Below the pieces are notes generated by a model. That model was not told the origin of the DNA. It was given only the letters and a program-made list of their open reading frames with translations, and ran no database searches. The position numbers were made by a program, and so were the translations under genes. From positions 1 to 52,734 of the IMG/VR virus record IMGVR_UViG_3300033155_001357: a DNA stretch of 52,734 nt; one strand, 5' to 3'. Positions 46,834 through 52,734 of the stretch are shown in pieces (within the stretch, counting starts at the first letter, position 1; every line of letters starts with the position of its first letter). This stretch comes from a virus (Duplodnaviria > Caudoviricetes).

Positions 46834-46916
46834 AAGTGGTCTAGCGCTAGTGTTACCTAGGCACCCCGCTCAAGACTTCGGTCCCTCGACCGAGGGGCTT
46901 TGTTGACCACAGAGCC
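46834..46916 (-). ncRNA. Small structured RNA candidate between two tRNA-Ser genes
   Basis: GTGGTC/GACCAC closing stem, GCCCC/GGGGT, TCGGTC/GACCGA, CTAG/CTAG. Confidence 0.45.
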
Positions 46917-47003
46917 TGGCGGCTAAGACAGGAATCGAACCTGCTGGGCCTTTCAACCCTGACTGGTTAGCAACCAGCTCCCGTACCTTACGAGTCCTTA
47001 GCC
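46917..47003 (-). tRNA. tRNA-Ser(GCT), CCA encoded
   Basis: CTGG TTGCTAA CCAG; long variable arm; ends GCCA. Confidence 0.9.
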
Positions 47004-47170
47004 AATGTCGTAGAGTTAGCTTTTCAGTGCACAACCAACTCTACTCAGGTTATCTATCAGGTTTCCTCTGTCAGGCTCTCTTGTTTAATAGAAGCTCTCT
47101 CCTTAATCGGATTCTTCTGGGTCTATTTATGCCTGCGTTTATCTGTAGTGACCAGTTACAGAGCAACATG

Positions 47171-47247
47171 TGGGCGCGGCAGGACTCGAACCTGCGATGA
47201 TTAACTGGATGTAACCCAGCCGCGTTCGCCGCTCCGCTCACGCGCCC
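47171..47247 (-). tRNA. tRNA-Val(TAC)
   Basis: GCTGG GTTACAT CCAGT; T arm GCAGG TTCGAGT CCTGC. Confidence 0.8.
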
Positions 47248-47414
47248 TCTTGTTCTCCAAACATTGCTACATAGTATTCTTTAATTTCTTCTGTTGTCAA
47301 CTTACCTAGTATTTCTGTATGTGTATGTGCCATGAGAGGAAAGAGATGACGGGGTAGGCCACTGTGTTGTGTCTCTGCCCACGCTATTTTACTGATCATT
47401 TCTACTCTAGTCAT
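47238..47414 (-). CDS. Small hypothetical protein (58 aa)
   Basis: MTRVEMISK...; ATG shares the A of the upstream CCA; stop lies within tRNA-Val. Confidence 0.5.
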   Translation of the reverse strand: MTRVEMISKIAWAETQHSGLPRHLFPLMAHTHTEILGKLTTEEIKEYYVAMFGEQEGA

Positions 47415-47441
47415 GGTACTCCACCCAGGAATCGAACCCGG
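47414..47441 (-). pseudogene. Orphan tRNA 3' half (T arm + acceptor strand + ACCA)
   Basis: CCGGG TTCGATT CCTGG GTGGAGT A CCA with no adjacent 5' half. Confidence 0.75.
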
Positions 47442-47451
47442 CGTATTGCAT

Positions 47452-47631
47452 TTAGTGCCAAGACCATTCGTATCCATCTTGGATTCTTTGTTTTTCTTTA
47501 GATGTGTCGCCAAGTACTTCTCTGGCATTGTTTACTTCTCGTGTATCAACCCAGCCAGTCTTTATATCTAGGTGATAAAGCATAAGCTCATACAGTGCTT
47601 GTCTAAGTTGGGCTATTTCTTGGTCTTCCAT
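47452..47631 (-). CDS. Small hypothetical protein (59 aa)
   Basis: MEDQEIAQLRQALYELML...WSWH; below track cutoff. Confidence 0.55.
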   Translation of the reverse strand: MEDQEIAQLRQALYELMLYHLDIKTGWVDTREVNNAREVLGDTSKEKQRIQDGYEWSWH

Positions 47632-47653
47632 TTTGTCTCACTAATTCTTCTAG

Positions 47654-47726
47654 CACGGGTGACAGGACTCGAACCTGCATGTCGTCGGGGTAGAAACCCG
47701 ATGCCTATCCATTAGACTACACCCGC
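47654..47726 (-). tRNA. tRNA-Arg(TCT)
   Basis: TCGGG TTTCTAC CCCGA; T arm GCAGG TTCGAGT CCTGT. Confidence 0.9.
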
Positions 47727-48041
47727 ATGTAGCTTGCGATGGCAATTAGAACACAGTACATCGCATTTTTTGATCTCTTCCAAAATTCTTTTAATGCTGT
47801 ATGAGCTAGCTACCATTTTGCTAATTGTTTCATCTTTCTTCTCTGCGTCTCGATGATGAAAATCTAAACAACAGGATTCTGCTTCTGGGCATTTCATACA
47901 TGATAATGTTTCTTTGTATGATTCATACCATGCTTTGATTTTTTGTTTGTTAGCTTTAATCCATTCTTTTTGTCTGTTTGGATTCTTTGAATACCAAAGA
48001 CGTTGGTACGCTCGTTTATCTTCTATGTTTTTGTAAGTCAT
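47712..48041 (-). CDS. Small HNH endonuclease
   Basis: CMKC..LDFHH.D..K..EIKKCDVLCSNCHRKLH. Confidence 0.88.
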   Translation of the reverse strand: MTYKNIEDKRAYQRLWYSKNPNRQKEWIKANKQKIKAWYESYKETLSCMKCPEAESCCLDFHHRDAEKKDETISKMVASSYSIKRILEEIKKCDVLCSNCHRKLHAGVV

Positions 48042-48046
48042 GCCTT

Positions 48047-48075
48047 ATTCTACAACAAGGTTTCTAAATCTACAA
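48047..48075 (-). promoter_or_regulatory. Sigma70-type promoter for a near-leaderless HNH mRNA
   Basis: TTGTAG-17 nt-TAGAAT, 5 nt before the ATG. Confidence 0.5.
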
Positions 48076-48117
48076 CAGATTAGAAGTCTAGCATGGCTTC
48101 CTTACCGTGGAGCATTG

Positions 48118-48188
48118 AGAGTCCGGTCGGAGTCGAACCGACGTTGCTGGGGTTGCAATCCAGTGCCTAGCCTCTTGGCGACGAACTC
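48118..48188 (-). tRNA. tRNA-Cys(GCA)
   Basis: CTGGA TTGCAAC CCCAG; U73. Confidence 0.9.
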
Positions 48189-48276
48189 AATCACGGTGTC
48201 GCATTTTGTGTCTTACATACAATACAACACCGAGTACTGCTATACCAAGTACAATCTTAAGGATTGTGAGGATCAT
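48187..48276 (-). CDS. Small single-TM peptide (29 aa)
   Basis: MILTILKIVLGIAVLGVVLYVRHKMRHRD; GGAG upstream. Confidence 0.55.
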   Translation of the reverse strand: MILTILKIVLGIAVLGVVLYVRHKMRHRD

Positions 48277-48346
48277 AAATGTTTAAGTCTCCGAGATCTT
48301 TATCACTTTGCTTTGGAGGGATTGACCAATCCCAATTTGGTACGCT

Positions 48347-48553
48347 TCAACCATATTCTCCACAGTTAGAGTCAGTTATTACTGGTGTGTCTACGCTAGC
48401 ATCTTTTGGATGAATTACCCAGCTCCATGGTTGATCAGTATATTGTATTGATACTGCATCAGGCCTTGTGTCTGATCGTGGTTGCCAGTTATCTCCACAT
48501 CCGTTACACATGAAGAAAGATAGGCATGAGATGATAACACCTAGCCATTTCAT
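48347..48553 (-). CDS. Small putative lipoprotein
   Basis: Hydrophobic N-terminus followed by Cys (NGCGD). Confidence 0.5.
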   Translation of the reverse strand: MKWLGVIISCLSFFMCNGCGDNWQPRSDTRPDAVSIQYTDQPWSWVIHPKDASVDTPVITDSNCGEYG

Positions 48554-48555
48554 GG

Positions 48556-48948
48556 TTACTTCAATCCAAAAGATGTGTAAGACATGTTACTTGCTGCTAC
48601 TGCCTTCCATTCCCATTCATCCTGAACCCATGCTTTGTAATTATCAGCAGTCAATTCGATCTCTTCATCTTGTGCCATTGTTAACATACCAATGACTTGG
48701 TCATATGAACTAGTATAAGTTACAGGAGTGGGGAGATGAAAATTAAGCCATGTACTATGATGTCCAGCTAGTTTGTTAGCCTTAATCAGCCGTGCTCTCT
48801 TTCTCAATTGCTTAACACACTCAGCGGTATATCCTTCCATAGCTACCTTATACTCTTCGCTATGTTTTTCTCGGTTCTCTTTTAGAACCAAAAGTAACTC
48901 ATCTACCTTAACAGTAACTTCAAGATTTACATTTTGAAACATGTTCAT
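48556..48948 (-). CDS. Hypothetical phage protein
   Basis: AAGGAG RBS; LKENREKH..EY..A.EGY..YD..I.ML..WVQDEWEW. Confidence 0.7.
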   Translation of the reverse strand: MNMFQNVNLEVTVKVDELLLVLKENREKHSEEYKVAMEGYTAECVKQLRKRARLIKANKLAGHHSTWLNFHLPTPVTYTSSYDQVIGMLTMAQDEEIELTADNYKAWVQDEWEWKAVAASNMSYTSFGLK

Positions 48949-48956
48949 CTCCTTTG

Positions 48957-49028
48957 CAGATCACCGGAGACTCGAACTCCGCTTCCAGCCGGTTTTGGAG
49001 ACCAGCGAGCTTACCCTGAGCGTGATCC
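48957..49028 (-). tRNA. tRNA-Trp(CCA), short D arm
   Basis: CTGGT CTCCAAA ACCGG; T arm CGGAG TTCGAGT CTCCG; G73. Confidence 0.8.
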
Positions 49029-49030
49029 AT

Positions 49031-49267
49031 TTAATTAAAATATTTTCTCATTTCTTCTATTTTCTGAAGATTTTTCTCTGCTTTTTCAATGTCTTTTCTG
49101 AACTCTCCTTCCATCATATCAAGCATTGAAACACCTTCTGCAATGGTGATACAAGTTCTCAACATTTCATGGATTTCTTTAAAGACTCTAAGTACTAGTC
49201 CAAAAGGAATAGCAACTAGTAACATCAAGATACATGCTAGTCTGTAAGCCCAGTTTGTCTTAGTCAT
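49031..49267 (-). CDS. Small membrane protein
   Basis: Start placed at MTKTNW; one TM segment. Confidence 0.5.
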   Translation of the reverse strand: MTKTNWAYRLACILMLLVAIPFGLVLRVFKEIHEMLRTCITIAEGVSMLDMMEGEFRKDIEKAEKNLQKIEEMRKYFN

Positions 49268-49541
49268 CTTCTTTCTCCCACTCTCGGTATTTACTTGCAA
49301 GTATATTCCATGCCTCATCATGTGTTATTTTGACTGGTATGAATCCACCGCGTTTGTCTTCAGTAGTATAGTCAACCACTAATGTCCAACCCTTATACCA
49401 GATGGGACCATCATACCAACCATCTTCTTGAGTAAGGAATAAGCATACATGTTTTGCTATATCCCAACGAGCAAAACCACGGTCTCTATATGATACCTTA
49501 GATAGAATGCGTGTACGTGTGAGTGGCTTGATCTTTCTCAT
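49260..49541 (-). CDS. Hypothetical protein
   Basis: ORF track. Confidence 0.5.
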   Translation of the reverse strand: MRKIKPLTRTRILSKVSYRDRGFARWDIAKHVCLFLTQEDGWYDGPIWYKGWTLVVDYTTEDKRGGFIPVKITHDEAWNILASKYREWEKEDD

Positions 49542-50086
49542 AGAGCCCCCACGGGGAATTGAACTATGTTAGAGCCCACAGTCGGTTTCGAACCGGCAGC
49601 CTCTGCTATACCAAAGCAGCGCTCTTCCTCTTGAGCTTTGCGGGCAGCATATCTATGTTTTTTAACTGTACTGTATGATACTTGAAATTCTTGAGCTATT
49701 TCTTTCATAGGCCTATCAGTTAATGCTTCTTGTGTCAATCTACACCTAGTTTCATCATCTAACATATGTACAAGTTTGAAGCAGGCTAAAGCATTAATAA
49801 TTTGTTGTGTTCTTCTATAGCCCATGTAGGGTTGTACAACTTTCATTATTCTAACTGCTCTTCGTCCTCGTGCTCTAGTAACATAGGCTTGTTTCCATTT
49901 GTCTGGTTTTCTGTTTTTTACAGACCAATACGATGTACCAAACAACTTTGCTACTCTAGCGATAACATCTTTGTCAGTCATGCAGATATTAACTGTTGGA
50001 GCTGTTGGTCTTGATGGGCTTCCCTTCATGAAAGAACCTTCTCCTTCCAGTAGGCCTGCTAACCATGCTATTTCTTGGTTGGTCAT
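49538..50086 (-). CDS. LAGLIDADG homing endonuclease with C-terminal HTH
   Basis: IAWLAGLLEGEGSF; MTDKDVI; MKEIAQEFQVSYSTV. Confidence 0.88.
   Translation of the reverse strand: MTNQEIAWLAGLLEGEGSFMKGSPSRPTAPTVNICMTDKDVIARVAKLFGTSYWSVKNRKPDKWKQAYVTRARGRRAVRIMKVVQPYMGYRRTQQIINALACFKLVHMLDDETRCRLTQEALTDRPMKEIAQEFQVSYSTVKKHRYAARKAQEEERCFGIAEAAGSKPTVGSNIVQFPVGAL
49544..49564 (-). pseudogene. tRNA 3'-end remnant
   Basis: GTTCAATT CCCCG TGGGGGC T CTA; same GGGC-T-CTA end as the adjacent tRNA-Thr. Confidence 0.65.
49573..49645 (-). tRNA. tRNA-Thr(GGT), inside the LAGLIDADG ORF
   Basis: CTGCT TTGGTAT AGCAG; D stem GCTC/GAGC; T loop TTCGAAA. Confidence 0.9.
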
Positions 50087-50092
50087 ACTTAG

Positions 50093-50121
50093 AGTATAGC
50101 ACGTACCCTAAGTGATACCAA
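50093..50121 (-). promoter_or_regulatory. Sigma70-type extended -10 promoter for a leaderless LAGLIDADG mRNA
   Basis: TTGGTA-17 nt-TATACT with TGn extension, 6 nt before the ATG. Confidence 0.55.
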
Positions 50122-50198
50122 TGGAGGACCATGTTGGAATCGAACCAACCTAATATTGCTTAACAGGCAATCGCAATACCCAGACATGCCAATGATCC
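50122..50198 (-). tRNA. tRNA-Asn(GTT), CCA encoded
   Basis: ATTGC CTGTTAA GCAAT; T arm GTTGG TTCGATT CCAAC. Confidence 0.88.
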
Positions 50199-50199
50199 G

Positions 50200-50382
50200 T
50201 TATGATTCTACCATGCCGCTTAGCACAGATTCTCTTAATCTATAGGCTTTGATTAGTTTCAGTATTTGATTTAATGATACTACATCTTCAGGAAGACCAA
50301 GACTAAGTTGATTGGATGTGTCTCGTCTTAGGTTACAAATATCATGTTCGAGTGCATCGAATTGAGACTTTCCTTTTTTCAT
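50200..50382 (-). CDS. Small hypothetical protein
   Basis: GGAG RBS; ORF track. Confidence 0.5.
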   Translation of the reverse strand: MKKGKSQFDALEHDICNLRRDTSNQLSLGLPEDVVSLNQILKLIKAYRLRESVLSGMVES

Positions 50383-50394
50383 TGTCTCTCCGTG

Positions 50395-50428
50395 TGGGCC
50401 ATAGAGGAGTTGAACCTCTGATTCCTCT
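50395..50428 (-). pseudogene. Orphan tRNA 3' half
   Basis: AGAGG AATC AGAGG TTCAACT CCTCT ATGGCCC A; no matching 5' half adjacent. Confidence 0.7.
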
Positions 50429-50461
50429 TGATTTATTTTAGCACATGTTCTATTCTATTTG

Positions 50462-50534
50462 TAGTCCCGACTGGATTTGAACCAGCGGCCTTTGCCACGT
50501 CACGGCACTGCTACTTCCACTGAGCTACGGGACT
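50462..50534 (-). tRNA. tRNA-Val(GAC)
   Basis: TGCC GTGACGT GGCA; T arm GCTGG TTCAAAT CCAGT. Confidence 0.85.
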
Positions 50535-50544
50535 GGAGGTTGAT

Positions 50545-51177
50545 ATGATTACATTAATTTGTTGGTCTTGCAATAAAAAGTTTCAAAGGACAGATGCTGT
50601 ACAACGAAAGAGTCTTAAGCGAGGTAATCGCCGCTTCTTCTGTTCTAGGAGTTGCTTTTTGTATGCTGTCACTGGTCCTAAAAGTCCTTCTGTTGAGTGT
50701 TTATGCTGTGGAGTAAAAACTGGTAACCCTAAGTTTTGTTCACGGAGTTGTTCTTCGTCTTACAACAACACAAAGAAGCCAAAAAGGAAAAGAACTAACC
50801 AGTGTACATTATGTCTGTCTCTAATAAAGTCAGGACATAAGTATTGTAAGTCTTGTAATCGATCTCGATATCCTGATCCGAAGGTTGCGGTTCTTGCTGA
50901 CTATCTTCAGTCTGATTCAGGTCGTACATATTCTACAAGTATTCGTAAACAGGCGTATGATATAGCAAAAACTAATGAGCTGTTAGACGAGTGTACTGAG
51001 TGTGGATACTCTCGTCATGTTCAGTGTTGTCATATTAAGCCAATTGCTTCTTTTCCTTCTGACACACCTATCTCTGTTGTGAATGCATTATCTAACCTTA
51101 TTGGTCTGTGTCCAACTCATCACTGGGAGCTGGACAATAGGTACCTTTCTTCTCTATCAAATCGGGATTCTCCATAA
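50545..51177 (+). CDS. HNH endonuclease with repeated Cys-rich (FCSRSC) DNA-binding modules, opposite to local gene orientation
   Basis: GGAGG RBS; FFCSRSC, KFCSRSC; CTECGY..HIKPI..N.LSNLIGLCPTHHWELD. Confidence 0.85.
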   Translation: MITLICWSCNKKFQRTDAVQRKSLKRGNRRFFCSRSCFLYAVTGPKSPSVECLCCGVKTGNPKFCSRSCSSSYNNTKKPKRKRTNQCTLCLSLIKSGHKYCKSCNRSRYPDPKVAVLADYLQSDSGRTYSTSIRKQAYDIAKTNELLDECTECGYSRHVQCCHIKPIASFPSDTPISVVNALSNLIGLCPTHHWELDNRYLSSLSNRDSP

Positions 51178-51331
51178 GCATAATGACTATCGCCATTAAT
51201 TCTATGACCTCTTGATCATCTTGTTTTGCATATGGTTGCAGAAAGTTACGCAACTCTTCGCTTCGGGGACCGTGTTTTTGAGTGATATCTATCGCTTTTG
51301 CAAGTGCTTCACATTTCTCTTTGTCTGTCAT
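51098..51331 (-). CDS. Small hypothetical protein
   Basis: ORF track; 3' end overlaps the convergent HNH. Confidence 0.5.
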   Translation of the reverse strand: MTDKEKCEALAKAIDITQKHGPRSEELRNFLQPYAKQDDQEVIELMAIVIMLMENPDLIEKKGTYCPAPSDELDTDQ

Positions 51332-51357
51332 GGTGTGTTTCCGTTATACTAATGGCC

Positions 51358-51561
51358 CTATTGATGATCCCATATTTTATGGTCATCTATCTTAGTCTCT
51401 ACATCATCTAATCTTGACTCCAATTCATCTACTCTATCTTGTAGTTTGCGTCTGTCACAAAAAGGACAGGGTAGAGTCAATGATTCCACTTGTTTTTCTT
51501 CAAACCAGACTCGTTCACATTGGGAACAGATGACTTTAAACTTTTCTTTTGCAGTTCTCAT
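51358..51561 (-). CDS. Zinc-ribbon/coiled-coil small protein
   Basis: CSQC..CPFC; ATGA overlap with the sigma gene. Confidence 0.6.
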   Translation of the reverse strand: MRTAKEKFKVICSQCERVWFEEKQVESLTLPCPFCDRRKLQDRVDELESRLDDVETKIDDHKIWDHQ

Positions 51562-52409
51562 TCGAAATCCACTAATTCATCTGAACGAGAACGATAGCGC
51601 AGCTTTCTCAACGCTTTCGCTTCGATTTGTCTGATTCTCTCTCGTGTAACGGAGAATACTTTACCCACTTGCTCTAGTGTATGGTCAGTTTTTTGTCCAA
51701 TACCAAAGCGCATGCGCAATACTCTTTCCTCTCTGTCTGTTAGTGTAGCAAGAACCTTACTTGTTTGCTTAGCTAACTTACGTGTAGCTGTGATGTCGTA
51801 AGGACTAGCCGCCGTCGTGTCCTCTATGAAGTTACCGAGTTGGGCGTCCTCTTCTTCTCCCACTGGTGTTTCGAGAGAGATGGGCTCTTTAGCTATCTTC
51901 ATCACCTTGTACACCTTGATCACTGGTACGTCCATAGCCTTAGCAATCTCTTCTGGCACTGGCTCACGACCTAGTTGTTGTACTAGTTCTCTTGTGCAAC
52001 GTGTCATCTTATTGACAGTCTCGATCATATGTACAGGGATACGAATGGTACGTGCCTGGTCCGCGATGGCTCTTGTAATAGCCTGACGGATCCACCAGGT
52101 GGCATACGTGCTGAACTTGTAGCCTCTTTGATACTCAAACTTATCTACTGCTTTCATCAAACCGATGTTACCTTCCTGAATTAGATCCAGAAACTGAAGA
52201 CCTCGGTTGGTGTACTTCTTAGCGATAGACACTACTAAACGCAGGTTAGCTTGGATCATCTGATCCTTAGCTGCCTGGCTGCCCTCTTCTATTTTCTTAG
52301 CCAGCTCTATCTCTCCCTCTCGGTTAAGTAGTTGGTGCTCACCCATTCTCTTCAGGTAAGTACGTACTGGGTCTGACATCTCATGTGTTGTGCTTTTAGT
52401 ACGTGCCAC
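51558..52409 (-). CDS. rpoD: RpoD-like primary sigma-70 factor lacking region 1.1 and the non-conserved region
   Basis: [83 protein letters not shown]. Confidence 0.95.
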   Translation of the reverse strand: MARTKSTTHEMSDPVRTYLKRMGEHQLLNREGEIELAKKIEEGSQAAKDQMIQANLRLVVSIAKKYTNRGLQFLDLIQEGNIGLMKAVDKFEYQRGYKFSTYATWWIRQAITRAIADQARTIRIPVHMIETVNKMTRCTRELVQQLGREPVPEEIAKAMDVPVIKVYKVMKIAKEPISLETPVGEEEDAQLGNFIEDTTAASPYDITATRKLAKQTSKVLATLTDREERVLRMRFGIGQKTDHTLEQVGKVFSVTRERIRQIEAKALRKLRYRSRSDELVDFE

Positions 52410-52423
52410 AGTGTCTCCTGTTG

Positions 52424-52494
52424 AGCCAGCTAGGAGAATTGAACTCCTGTCGTCTGATTACGAAACAGACATCTTACCATTGGACTAAGCTGGC
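52424..52494 (-). tRNA. tRNA-Thr(CGT)
   Basis: TCTGT TTCGTAA TCAGA; T arm AGGAG TTCAATT CTCCT. Confidence 0.88.
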
Positions 52495-52498
52495 GTTG

Positions 52499-52572
52499 AG
52501 CCCTAGTAGAGAATCGAACTCTATTTTCCTCCTTACAAGGGAGGACATCATCCTGATAAATGTTTCAAGGGC
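52499..52572 (-). tRNA. tRNA-Thr(TGT)
   Basis: CCTCC CTTGTAA GGAGG; T arm TAGAG TTCGATT CTCTA. Confidence 0.88.
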
Positions 52573-52734
52573 GTTTGTTTCTTATCTAGTAGGATCTTTA
52601 TCCCAAAATCCATCATGGTATTGACTAGTGTCACCCCAATAACTTAAAGGTAATTGTTCCATCTTTCTATAGATCAAAATCTTCATGTAACTTTTTTCAT
52701 ATTTGTAATAAGGACTCAGCAGTTTCTTAGTCTT

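Noticed and set aside
47414-47650. tmRNA
   Set aside because: The 3' end lacks the G3-U70 alanine determinant, no matching 5' end lies at a suitable distance, and the upstream sequence is a 59-aa ORF.
48189-48346. ncRNA made of short hairpins
   Set aside because: Largely explained by a 29-aa TM peptide ORF (48187-48276).
1-52734. Alternative genetic code or suppressor tRNA
   Set aside because: Conserved genes are full length under the standard code, TAG and TGA act as stops, and no CTA/TCA/TTA anticodon tRNA was found.

Overview
Segment of a large (jumbo-like) tailed phage genome using the standard genetic code. Genes are on the + strand from 1 to ~13.36 kb (virion proteins, primase-helicase, nucleases, endolysin) and almost all on the - strand thereafter: nucleotide metabolism, split DnaE, RecA, class II RNR, ClpP, a dense tRNA cluster interleaved with small ORFs and homing endonucleases, and an RpoD-like sigma factor. 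RecA and RpoD resemble deltaproteobacterial/myxobacterial proteins from recall (inference). Highlights: (1) a phage-encoded retron-type reverse transcriptase (41812-42813) with an upstream ~300-nt ncRNA whose predicted ~200-nt cDNA folds into three long hairpins presenting duplex Type IIS restriction sites (GGTCTC, CGTCTC, GCTCTTC) next to mismatched or looped cut positions, a candidate anti-restriction decoy system; (2) a circularly permuted tRNA/YrlA-like RNA exactly filling the gap between two tRNAs (46331-46457); (3) endonuclease cassettes sitting next to tRNA remnants plus intact replacement tRNAs; (4) several other structured intergenic RNAs. All protein calls come from motif recognition by eye; no searches were run.
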